DNA of 64,000 nt from the human T2T-CHM13v2.0 reference genome, Homo sapiens. Below the pieces are notes generated by a model that was given only the letters and a program-made list of their open reading frames with translations, did no database searches and was not told the DNA's origin. The translations under genes and the position numbers were made by a program. Below are positions 42,261 through 54,729 of this stretch, one piece after another (positions within the stretch are counted from its first letter, which is position 1; each line of letters opens with the position of its first letter). The stretch is taken from the NCBI RefSeq assembly GCF_009914755.1, contig NC_060942.1; one strand, given 5' to 3'.

Positions 42261-43099
42261 AACAGAATGATTCCTTCTTTCTTTCTTTAGCACATATTCA
42301 TTGAGTGTCTACTCCAGGTATTGCTATAGGCAATAAGGTTCAGTAGTGATCAAAGCAGATCATGTTCCTGCCCTCCCGAGGCTTAAATTCTAACATAACA
42401 CATCTGTAATATTGTTTCCATTTCCTTCATTTTTGCTGCCATCCCTCATTAATAAACCTGGGCTATTGTAAATAGACTTCTGACTGGTTCCCTGGACTTC
42501 AACTTTCTCCCTCTACTTTGTTTAGCATATTGCGAGCAATTTAATTTTTCTAATATGTTGCTTAGCTAATTTCTTTATATAATGAAAGCCATAATACTAT
42601 CAACTTTATATGATTATCCTGACACTTAAATGAAACCTACAGGTAGAAAGCACAGTAGATCCTCATTAAATAGTGGCCCATGTCAGCATTGGCTTCTTCC
42701 TCTCCACTAGGGAAATGTTAAGCCCCTCATCCATCACTGGAGCTCTCCAAAGTTTTGGTTAGGGTGTGGCATATGACATGTTAGTGCAGTTCTGTTTGGT
42801 TTAGAGTTTATAACATAGTTGGGTTCACATATAAAAATAATTCAATCCCCAAAGGGATCATCTTTCATGGGTAATAAGGAGAAAGTATTTTTCTCTAGAA
42901 TGCTTTTCAGTATTTCAGATTCTGCCTTGTCAGCCTACATCCAGCCTGTCCAGATGTGGGATATCATTATTACAACTAAATTATGATGATAACCTCTACA
43001 TGTCCATCACCATCACTTGTGGTGATGGTAAGGCCATCGCCATTTTTCTAGATCCCTGACTCAAACCTGTTCTTACCTACTCCTCCCTCACCCTTGCTC

Positions 43100-43600
43100 T
43101 TACAGGTTCCCGCTCAGGGCTGTGTTCCCCATATTGATAAATGGTACTGCTAAGCCTTCACTGGCTGAGTCCAGAGACCTTGGAGTCATGCTTGTTTTTT
43201 CCCTCTCTACTATTCCATACTGAGTTCTTAAATTAAGCTTTGAGACTCTAATTTCCACCCAGTCCAATCCTGTCTCCTCTACCCTGGTCCAAAGCGTCAT
43301 CTTCTCCGCCCTGGGTTACCACAAGAGCCTCCTACCTTGCCATCCTGCTTCCACTTTTGCCCCTTAAGTCTATTCTCATACAGCAGCCACAGTGATTCTT
43401 CTGTAACATTAAGTCACTTTAAAAATGAGTCCCCTATTCCCTGAGTGACTTGTCATCACCCTTCAAATTGATACAAACACTTTTACAGAGGCCGTCTCTG
43501 ACCCAGCTCTCTTTCTACTCCTCTCATCTCTTGCTCACAGCCTTCCAGCCACACTGGCCTTCTTCTTGTTCCCCTGACTCACTGTGCATGCACTCTGCTA
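43100..43600 (+). mobile_element. L2
   Basis: CCTGCTTCCACTTTTGCCCC...CAGCAGCCACAGTGATTCTT...CCAGCCACACTGGCCTTC. Confidence 0.75.
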
Positions 43601-43809
43601 AGAGTCTTAACTCCCTATGCTTTAGTTTTCTTTGTACAACAGGGATATCTGTACAATGAAAAGTTTCTTTTTATAGAATACTTGGGAAGATTACATTGGA
43701 TAAGGCCTGTAAAGTTCTAGGCACTGAACATAGTATATAGTAATTTCTCAATAAATGTTTATGCTTGTTTGTATTCTAATGCTAGTCTCATTTTTTCAAT
43801 GGTCTAATT

Positions 43810-44270
43810 GACCTACATGTCCCACTAGCAAATCAAATTTAATATTTCCAGTCTGAACTCACAAACATCTTCCCATAAATCAGTTCATTTGATTGGCATT
43901 CTTATTCTCATAAGGCCATCATCATTTTTCTAGATCCCTGACCTCAAACCTGTTCTTACCTACTCCTCCCACACCCTTGCTCATATTCCACCTCTAACCA
44001 GTCATCAAGTTCTATTGATTCCATTTCTGAAAATTTCCATCTATCCCTCTCTTTCCTTTCTCAATGCTGCCACACTAGGCTCTTGTAGTAGATTCCTAGT
44101 TGGTCATCCTGTTTCTGGCCTGTCCTTTCTAAACTATACTGTACTCCACTTTCAGATTCCCACAGCTCAGCATAGCCCTAGTGAAGTCACTTCTGTTCTT
44201 GGAAATCTTTGAAGTCTCTCTATTACCTACAGGAGAAAGGCTCTGCTACTTGGTCTGCTATTTAAAGCCT
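43810..44270 (+). mobile_element. L2 (second, more diverged)
   Basis: GTCCCACTAGCAAATCAAATTTAAT...AACCAGTCATCAAGTTCT. Confidence 0.6.
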
Positions 44271-44271
44271 C

Positions 44272-44440
44272 TGTATCAGTCAGAGTTCTCCAGAAAAACA
44301 GAATCAATAGGATACATGTGTGTATATTGTGTGTGTATATCGTGTGTGTGTTTGTGTGATGCATGTGTGTGTGTGTATATATATATATATAGAGAGAGAA
44401 AGTGTGTGTGTGTGTGTATATATATATACACACACACATA
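44272..44440 (-). mobile_element. MLT2 (ERVL) LTR end with (TG)/(TA)/(CA) microsatellite
   Basis: TGTATCAGTCAGAGTTCTCCAGAAAAACAGAATCAATAGGAT followed by dinucleotide repeats. Confidence 0.8.
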
Positions 44441-44685
44441 TAGTTGGCTATGCACATCCATGAGCTCTGCATTGCAGATTCCACCAAGCACAAATTGAAA
44501 ATATTTGAGAAAAACAGTAAAAACTAACAATACAACAATAAAAAGTAATACAAATAAAAAGAGTATCACAACTATTTATATAGCATTTAGATTGTATTAG
44601 ATATTATAAGTAATCTAGAGATCATTTAAAGTATATTGGAGAATGTGCATAGGTGATATGCAAATACTATGCCATTTTACGTAAG
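44441..44685. mobile_element. MER2 (TcMar-Tigger), truncated
   Basis: TATTATAAGTAATCTAGAGAT...ATATGCAAATACTATGCCATTTTA. Confidence 0.85.
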
Positions 44686-45519
44686 TATTGTGGCAGATGC
44701 CTGAATTGGGTGGGTCCATACATTAAAAATGTTATAATACATAAAATAAAAAAGTGAAAATGCCTTATTTACTACTATTTATTAGTGGTTGATTCATTTC
44801 ATTAAAAAAGTACAAAGAAATAAAGAATTACAGAAAGTAGGCATTGCTTACCTCAAATAATGAAAACAGAATGTTTTGAAGGGGAATATACAATAGCAAG
44901 GCAAATTTCCACAGTCTACCCAAAGTCCTAAATAATCATATTTCCCATTTTAAAAAACAGTATATATCTGCAACTTCTAAAGTGAATGTTACCTATTCCA
45001 AGTTACAAAATATGCATTTAGCATATTTAAAACAAAGACAGGATGACAGATTCTATATATAAGAATTTTTAGCAAGACTACAGAATTCTAACACTGCTTT
45101 TTGCATATGAGGGATTTTTGGGCAACAAAGAACACCATGACACAGGAACATGTTAGGGGATTCAGCTACAAAGTGACTGCAGTCTTGCACACGCTAAATG
45201 CTTACTTAAGGTATTTGATATTTCTGAGAGCTGGTGAAAGAATTTCCTTTCTTTCTCTCATTTCTTTCATTCTATCCCTTCAGTAAGCCAGCTCCTCAGA
45301 AGTCAAAATATGCCAGGCCATATATTCTTTTATTTTATCTCAATTCTCAGAAATGTTCTTCCTGCATTAATAGTTAATGTTTTGTCTTCTACTTTTATAG
45401 AAGGCAGATAAAAATATTCATTTGAAGAATGAATCAGAATAATTACAAAACTGTGGTCAAAGATATTTTAAAAAATTATATTCCATAGGCATATTGGAAG
45501 GATTAATATTATTTTTGTA

Positions 45520-45765
45520 TTTCTGTTTTATTGTTAATTATTATGGATACATAGTAGTGGTACATATTTATGGGGTACATGTGATGTTTTGTACAAGCAT
45601 ACAGTGTGTAATGATCAAATTAGGGTAATTGGGGTGTCCATCACCTGAAGCACTTATCATTTGTGTTACAAACACTCCATTTCTACTCTTTTAGTTACTA
45701 TAAAATATGCAGTAAATTTATATTAACTGTAGTCACTCTGTTGTGCTACTGAATACTAGATCCTA
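45520..45765 (-). mobile_element. L1MA 3' end
   Basis: ATATTTATGGGGTACATGTGATGTTTTG...GGGTAATTGGGGTGTCCATCACCT. Confidence 0.85.
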
Positions 45766-45804
45766 AATAAGATTTAGTATTTAATGGTTGTATTTCTTAG
45801 GAGA

Positions 45805-45844
45805 TTATATATAAATATATATAATATATTTATATATAAATTTA

Positions 45845-45875
<31 letters not shown>

Positions 45876-46018
45876 TTATATATAAATATATATAAATGTA
45901 TAAATATATAAATATATAAACATATATACATATATAAGTATATAAATATATATACATATATACATATATAAATATATATACATATATACATATATAAATA
46001 TATATATATGTATATATA
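45805..46018. repeat. degenerate (TA)n tract, about 210 bp
   Basis: Nearly pure A/T alternation with TACA/TAAA variants. Confidence 0.95.
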
Positions 46019-46386
46019 CTACCAAGCCCAGAGCCTAGCTGAGTGGATACTCACTAAATGGTAGCTATTGTAATCTTAAAAAATTCCTTTTAAGATTTAT
46101 TGCCAGACAAATAATTGACTATTCTAAGAAATTTGTTTGTTTTTCAATACAACAAAAAACAAGAATTATATGCTCACACATATTTACATATTTAATACAA
46201 CTGATAGAAACTCAGAACTAAATTTTGTGCCTAACTTCAATAATTATCTTATTTTGGATACTTAACACATCTATTTCTAGTCATTTTATAATTGTAAAAA
46301 ATTAGCTGTCTTATTTTACATAGGTTTTAATATTCCGTTCTGTTCAAATTGGTTTTTGGAGGGAGGAGAACATAATTAAAACACAA

Positions 46387-46893
46387 TAAAGCAAGATAGT
46401 TCCCTGACCCCTTCATGGGCAGGAACTGGAGTGCAGGGGCACTGGAACTACCCAACAGCTTTGGACCTGCTGTGCCTCACCCCTTGCAGGAAGGGGAGCA
46501 TGCAGGTTAGTGGGTACAGGAGCTGGAACAAGTGCTTTTGGGCACTGCCAGCAGGAGCAAACCTCCGTGCGGGCCCTGTGGCCAGACTCCTCTTTGAAGC
46601 TATGCTTTCAAGCCATCCTTCTGATGTCAAACCCCTTCTCTCTGATGCCCAATCATAGTCTCCAACATCCAGCTGTTTCTCTCTCTCTCTGCTTGCTGAG
46701 CCTGGGGTTTTTATGGGCAGCACAAGATAGAGGGCAGGGCAGGCTATGGGTGGTTTTGGAAAACACAACATTCAAGTGGGAAAAGAGAGATATAAGTTCT
46801 CACTATGGGCTGCAGTTCCAGACTTGAGGGTGGGGCCCTCCCTCGGGACCTGCCCTCTTCTGTCCAGAATTTTCCTGCCTCCTGTCCCTAGCA
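46387..46893 (-). mobile_element. ERV1 solo LTR (LTR27-like)
   Basis: Minus strand starts TGCTAGGGACAGGAGGCAGGAAAATTCTGG; 4-bp TSD ACAA at 46383-46386 and 46894-46897. Confidence 0.8.
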
Positions 46894-47209
46894 ACAACAA
46901 TAACAAGAAATAATGCTGCAAGGCCTCCAACTACTGACATGTTTCATAGACATTAGGATACTTCAAACAAAATGTAGAATACTTATGTCTTGGAAATAAA
47001 ATTGATCTAGATGCCAACAATACGCAAAAAATTTTTTATTCTAGAGTTGAATGTTTATAATATTAAAAATATCACAGTAAAAATAGTCTGGATAATGTTT
47101 ATGCCCCATTTACAGGACAAAACAAAATTAAGAACATTGCCATTTTCTAAAGAGAATTCTGAGAGAAGAGAAAGTTTTACTGTGACTAAAATATTAATTT
47201 ATGCCATGT

Positions 47210-47465
47210 TGTAACACTTGAAAGCAGTGTACTATATACATGGGCATGTTATAGAGAATCCCACACACTCATACCTGATTCTGCTGCCACTGCTCCTATT
47301 GGGTGATCTTTGCAGAGTTACTTAGCCCCTCTGAGGCTCTATCCCTATTTGTAAAATCTTAGAAAATAATTTTTGCCATTCATTGTTGTAAGGATTTATA
47401 ATAATTTATGCAGACAGCCTAAGACAGAGCCTGGTACCAATATTCCATAATTAGTAGCTGTTAAA
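47210..47465 (+). mobile_element. MIR
   Basis: GTTACTTAGCCCCTCTGAGGCTC...TTTGTAAAAT...TTGTTGTAAGGATT. Confidence 0.7.
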
Positions 47466-48414
47466 AATAATAAGATCAATGATATATACCTGTGCTAGCC
47501 TAGAATTGTGCAGAACATGAACCCTCAAAGGACTTTCAATGACTGAATGGGGCAAACAGAGTAACATGTGCAACAAAGCAGGCTAGTTCTTCCTTCTAAG
47601 ATGATGCTGGCTTGACTAGCTTTCACTCTGTTTGATGAAACTGGAAGTGAAAATGGCAAGAATTGTTAACTATTGGTTTTTGCTTATTTCAAATATCTAA
47701 AGTGACAACACTGAGAAAATAACAGCATATTATTGACAAAAAGTTACACTTCACCTCTTTTTTGTAAGAAAGAGAGAAAAATAATCCCTTATAACAATCA
47801 TGACTAAACATGTTTTTCAGGCCGTGGGTTGTTTCCTGTAACACCCTGGAATAATTATTTACTTTTATCCATAACCTGTTCTTGGTTAATTGCATGTCAT
47901 TTCTGTTGCTCACCTTACAGGTATGCTAAGGTTCTAAAAAGCTGAAGTTTGCACGTAACATAACACATAAATTGAACCTGGAAATTGTGCCCACTGGAGA
48001 CTAGATACTGACCCAGATGGTGACTGTAGCATGACTACATATAGAACTGCCCTTTCATCATGTATAGTTTCTCATGCCATAATTGCAATTGTTTTGCTGT
48101 AAAAGAAACTGACAATATGCGTCTCAATGTTTTAAGGTTTTGCATATCTATTATTATAACAATTTGATTTTGGTACTCAACATTTCGCAACTTCTTGGAT
48201 TGGTAAGAATAAACTCAGTGGAAAAAGTGGAGCTAAATGTACATCAGTTTTGACTCCTTAACTTTATTTCTAAGAAAATATAAACACAAGTAAACAGAAG
48301 TCTTTACCTGTTAATTTGGTCATCCTCTATGAAAACAAAAATAAACAAAAGCTACTATACATACTACCTAGGAAGGCAGAGAGGTGTTTTAGCACAGTGT
48401 GGCTATAAAGTCTA

Positions 48415-48770
<356 letters not shown>

Positions 48771-48829
48771 GACACCAAATGCTGATTGCACTTGACAGGC
48801 TGGGGGAGGTCTCGTGAAGTAGGGCCTGT

Positions 48830-49141
48830 AGGGTGGTGCATGACCCCCCATCACACCATCCCACACGTGGTGGGATGATGTTAAACAAAACTTATTGAAC
48901 GATGTGGCTGTGTGGAGTGAGATGCCTACTTCCAAGATATGAAGCCCTTGGTTATTTCTTCCAGGGTAGGCTAAAGGCATAGGTTTATGTAGTGAACACC
49001 AAAGACACAAATCATCTGAGGCAACACATTGCAGATGCATGTACAGGGATTGATGGTAATGCTGCATTAATGCATTACATTCATTGTCATTTTGCCCAGC
49101 ATAGGGAAATATGCATTGATAATGAGAAACAACACATTGAA
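48830..49141 (+). pseudogene. degenerate Tc1/mariner transposase C-terminal region
   Basis: E*DAYFQDMKPL / YFFQGRLKA*VYVVNTKDTNHLRQHIADAC...ICIDNEKQHIE compared with family motif WP.RSPDL.PLDFFLWG.LK..VY...L...I...CI...G.H.E. Confidence 0.65.
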
Positions 49142-49269
49142 CTTTCATGTAATGTCATTGAACACCCATGTATTTTAATGTAATGTCACCAATCTGTTTG
49201 TTATGTCTATTTGTGTTTCCAAAATTATGGTCATCCTATAGGTCTCTGATCTCTGAGTAGCACACTGAC

Positions 49270-49383
49270 TAGGTTGACAAACCATCCTTGTTTGCCTGGG
49301 CCTGAGGAATTTCTAAGAATGCTAGACTTCTAGTTTTAAAATCAGGAAAGTACTGGGAAAAGTAGGATGAGTTGATCACTCTG
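49270..49383. mobile_element. MER81 (hAT-Blackjack)
   Basis: TAGGTTGACAAACCATCC ... GGATGAGTTGATCACTCT, about 114 bp with inverted ends. Confidence 0.8.
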
Positions 49384-50176
49384 ATGGTGACGTATCAAGA
49401 TATGAAAAACTTGGTTAATATGTGCCACCCCGAATACTAGCATAGTAAGTGTGGAATCCACCTAACATTAATTTCTAGACCTAAAAGATGGGTAGCCATG
49501 TTCTTACTATAAGACCTGTGGTTGCTTTGCATCTCAGGAGTATTTTATCACTATCTTTTGAATGGAATTTGTAACATACAAGAGTGAAAGATAATGACCA
49601 ACCAAGAATTAATGGACCAACTCAGCTACCCACATCAAGTCCCAGCATGGAGTCAGAGAGGTACAATGTAGAAACAAAAGCATAGTTAACCAATCCTGTG
49701 AGCATTTGGAAACCTTTTCTTCAGAAGTGAATAGATCTCTTCAGGAAATATTAAACTGAATGGGCTGAAAGAAAAGGAGGTACAATCCACTGCAAGGAAT
49801 CCTCCCAGTTTTGTAACTGCCTCTCATCTCTCAAGCAGTCATCTTAATAAGCAGTACCCCCACCCCCGCCACACACAAAAAATAGAAAAAGAGAGAAAGG
49901 GCTCTGGGGCCAGCAAGGATTGTGAAGGAATCCTACCTCCATTCCTTCTTGGCTGTGTGACTTTGATCAAGTCCCATAACCTCTCTGAGCTTCTGTGGCC
50001 TCATCTCTGAAATGAGGGATTCCTGGTCTAGGCCACCTTCCTTTGTCATCTACTCTTACAGAATTACAGTCTTTTCCATCAGAGCCCAGAGCTCAGTGAT
50101 GATTATTTGCTGTCAAGTCCCTGTAAGCCCTTTGAGAGCAGAAGTAATATCTTTTTTTAAGTTAGATTGTGTTCTT

Positions 50177-50471
50177 TTTCTTTTTTTTTTTTTTTTGAGA
50201 CGGAGTCTTGCTCTGTCGCCCAGGCTGGAGTGCAGTGGCACGATCTCGGCTCACTGCAAGCTCTGCCTCTTGGGTTCATTCTCCTGCTTCAGCTTCCCGA
50301 GTAGCTGGGACTACAGGCACCCCCCACCGTGCCTGGCTAATTTTTTGTATTTTTAGTAGAGATGGGCTTTCACGGTGTTAGCCAGGATGGTCTTGATCTC
50401 CTGACCTCATGATCCGCCCACCTCAGCCTCCCAAAGTGCTGGGATTACAGGCATAAGCCACCGCGTCCAGC
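50177..50471 (-). mobile_element. AluY-like
   Basis: CTGCAAGCTC and GTGTTAGCCAGGATGG diagnostics; TSD AGATTGTGTTCTT at 50164-50176 and 50472-50484. Confidence 0.95.
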
Positions 50472-51744
50472 AGATTGTGTTCTTATAGGGGCACTCAATC
50501 ACTTTTTGTTGAACAGAGTAAATTGTTGGAAGATTTTTTTTGAAGATTATGTGAGATAACTTATCTGTAGGGTTCCTAGAACCTTCTTTCCTTCGTGTCT
50601 CCCAGTCAACCCCACTCAATGCCTAAATGTTCCAGTTTTGCTTTTATATTTGTAGAAGAAGGTTTAGTTAAAAGACATTTTGTAAATATATAGAGAATCT
50701 GAAAATCGACATATCAGATGCCATATCTGCACGTTCATCAAATCTGCATATTTGGCTGGAATGCCAATTTCCATCCAGTTATTTGAAAGTACTGTACATG
50801 CACACTTAGGATCTGGTCGAGGAATTGTGACCAGGGAGAGCAGGTGTTTATTTGTGATAACTAGTGATCTCTATTTCTGTGGTGAGGCTGAACTGATTAT
50901 CAGCAATTTCCATGGATTACATAGACTTTTGCCAATTTTGAGCCCTGTTACTGCATCCCAGGCAAGAATTCTGTCTGAGCAGGCAGTGAAAAGTGAAGAC
51001 TTGTGGGCAGTTTATTTCATTTTATCCAATCAACTCAATATTTCAGCTGTATGTGATTTTTGTCCAAATTATGTAGTTGATTGCTTCAATTTTTAACTTC
51101 CTTATGCATGTCTAGACACATCATTAGAACTGACAAAGAAGATGAGAGAATTTAAGAGGCATGCCCATCTCCGCAGCAAAGGGCCTTATGAGATAGATAA
51201 ATTTAGGAAGTTACTCCTTTCTAAAAAAAATTCATATGAAACAAGCTATAAAATTTATTTGTACAAGGAAAACTGCTCAGCTCACCAATAAGTTAATATG
51301 GGACAGATTTGACAAATGCAGCTGTATCTGCAATTTTTATGGTGGGCTTAAGGAAAGTTCCAATACCCTTTCAAAGAGCCTTTTAATTTTGCTTGTCATT
51401 TTACAGGGTTATCTAGGTATAATAGTCCAAAAACTTTAACAGTTGCTCCATGATATGGTCCCTAAATATCCACAGTGGGTGGTGCCTGCTTACCATTGTT
51501 CTCCAGAATGGTTTTGTTATTGCCAATCTCTTGCCTTACCACATCCTCTGCTCTTCTTGAGTATGTCACTCTCAGCTATACTTCCTTAAAGTCAGGAAGA
51601 AGGACAGAAATTAAAAACATGAAAACCAAAATCAAATACCCCCAAAATAATTGTTTTATGCATAACCCTAGTAAGAATGCAAAATCCAGGTTGTTGCCAA
51701 ACACTTAAAAACATTTGTGGTTTACCACAAATGCTATTTTCTTT

Positions 51745-52045
51745 TTTCTTTTTAAAATTTTTAAAAATTTTACTCTTTTACTTGACAATTAATAATTGTC
51801 CATATTCATAGGATACATAGTGATGTTTTGATACATATAATGTGTAGTGATCAGATCAGGGTAATTAGTATATCAGGGTCTCAAACATTCATCATTTCTT
51901 TGTGTCAGGAAAGTTCAATAGCTTCCTTCAAGCTATTTGTACATTATTGCGATCTGTAGTCATCCTACAGTGATATAGAGCACTGGAACTTGTTTCTTCT
52001 ATCTGGCTATAAGTTTGTATTGTTTAATAAATCTCTCTTCCGTCC
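51745..52045 (-). mobile_element. L1MA 3' end
   Basis: GTGATGTTTTGATACATATAATGTGTAGTGATCAGATCAGGGTAATTAG. Confidence 0.85.
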
Positions 52046-53719
52046 TGTTCATGTGTTTTCATTGTAAACAAAGGTGCACATGCTTGTTTGTTTTGTTTTC
52101 TCTTTAAGCTGTAAGATGAAACTGATGGAATTAAGGGCCCATATGGTAGCAATCTCTATGTATCACTCATTGGCGTATTCAGAGTTCAAATTAGATATAC
52201 TTTGTAGAGCTCAATTATGGACATGAAATGTGAAATTAGTGACTTTTTGAAACAGAAAAACATACTAAGATCACTTCTTTTACCAATTGTACTAATTTAT
52301 ACTCATAATTTAGGGCTAAATTTAAATATAGTGCTCAGCAAATAAAATGTCTAGAATAAAAATTTGGAAACACTGTTCTCCCCCAACTCCAGCGTCTTAT
52401 AACTACATGGTGGGGGTCGGGGAGTTCATACTATGACATGCTTGTATGTGTTTTCCAGCAGAATTTATTCTCTCATTCAGAACGTTTACTGAGTACTTCC
52501 TATTTCCCAGGCACTAGTGCTGTGCTGCTAGTTTTAGGAAACAGAAAGTGAACAAGACATTGTCCCAGCCACAGGGGAGTGTTCCGTGAGTGAGACAAGT
52601 GGATGGGTCATTCTTCCATGGTGTGATGAATGCTTTGATAAAGACAAGTCCAGCGCTGCCTGTCAGTTCTCCTTAGAGATAGATCTTGGACCGAAGTAAT
52701 GGTTAATGAGGCTGATGAGTTAGTCAATGATCTTTGAGATTAATCATGGGAATGGGCTAAGTGGGATCAAGAAGGCATGCGATAATAAGAATGTAGCTTA
52801 GGAGGACGTAACCTTCTTAACCTGTAATTGTCAAAAGGTGCTCTTCCCTGAGTTTTAGAGAGTACGGATAGCTACGATGGAGATGAGTCACTATGATGTG
52901 CACTTTGTGAAAAATAAAAAAACAAATTTCTGGATCTCCTCCCAGGTCTTCAGTGCTCATTTTACACTCTGTGCTACACTTACATATGATGTTTCCTGTA
53001 TGCAGGAATTCATTTGCATTTTACCACCTATAAAGTTTATATAAAAGCAAAAAGATACAGAGATTTGCAGAACCCCAACTATGTTGTAAGTGCTCCTGGA
53101 ATGAAACTCACCTTTCCTTTATTCTTTTTGAGCACATGGGCAGCTTTCTTGCACTAGAGTTATTCATTAACTCAAAAGTCTATACAGTCCTGTTGTCAAA
53201 AAAGTGAGTTCCCAAATTTTGAATTTGTCAAATTTAGGTCACCTAAAGAAGTCAGGTGATTTTTCCTACTGTAAAATCCCCTTATTAATGTTGTAAAATA
53301 TCTGAAGATACATATATTTAAACAAATTTTGGAAGAGAGAGAGAAATTAGAAAATTGGATTGATCATTAAAGTTGAAAAGATTGAAATCAGAAGAAAATA
53401 ACTTCTTTTATAAAAAGCAAAAGACATTTGGGTAAAGAATGATTTCTTATTTTCTGTCTTCTACGTGAAGAAGAAATAGATGAATTCTGTAGGAAGAGGA
53501 ATGTAGCTAAGAATTCTTGGAGAGCAATTTCCTCTAGAAGGTCTAATGATAGTGGAACTGGTCTGTGTGGAGATTCCTATAATTTCCTTTTTGACTTTCA
53601 AATTAATGTTGATATTCATCTGACTGTTGCTGCATTTGTGTTCTTGTCTGAAAGGCTAGTTGGCTTCTTTCTTTGGGGCCTATTATTCCTTCATTTTATT
53701 TGTTTTATGTGTACAATGA

Positions 53720-53900
53720 CTTGGACCAGTTTATCAACTCCTCTAAGCTTCTATTTCCACTGAAGCAGGATGAGGATAATCATAGCCCCTACATTTCAGG
53801 TTGTTGTGAGGATTAAATGTGACAATGCTTCTAAGACTCCAACAGCAAAAGCCCTGGTGCATGGTAAGCAATCCACAAATGTGAATTATTATTTTAATGA
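53720..53900 (+). mobile_element. MIR
   Basis: GGTTGTTGTGAGGATTAAATG...CCTGGTGCATGGTAAGC. Confidence 0.8.
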
Positions 53901-54068
53901 TTATTAATAAAGGTGACACTCTGACCCATCATCGGCAGGCATGCATCTGAAATTTTTGTTACAGGAATTTCCACTTGTCCTCATTTAGAACACTGACATA
54001 CATTGTGAGCCTACTGATTGGGTAAATGGACATGTTCTCTAGGCAAAGAAAGCCAACAGGCACTTCTT

Positions 54069-54413
<345 letters not shown>

Positions 54414-54729
54414 TAAAAAGTTGCACTAGGAAAACTCAGAAAATGGACAGCCCCCATAATGTGGTCTTACTTAGTAACTTCACAAAAAGTAGAGTAAGTG
54501 TTCTCCATTTTTGAAGTGATATAATATTTACATAAAAATATCAATTAGATCTCTAAATAGCAAAGATATCAGTATATTATTTAATTTTTTACATTCCCTG
54601 AAGGTAATTTCCCTCAAACATTTAAAAATGCTTAGAAAGCTTTGGAAATGAAAAAAATTGTCCTCCAAAGAAGCCAAGATTAAGGCTTTTTGGAACAATA
54701 TATTAATGATGATGAAAAATAATATTAAT

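Noticed and set aside
47914-47986. Minus-strand exon-like unit (TTTCCAG...AAG|GTGAGC)
   Set aside because: Stops in all three frames; could only be non-coding, and there is no further support.
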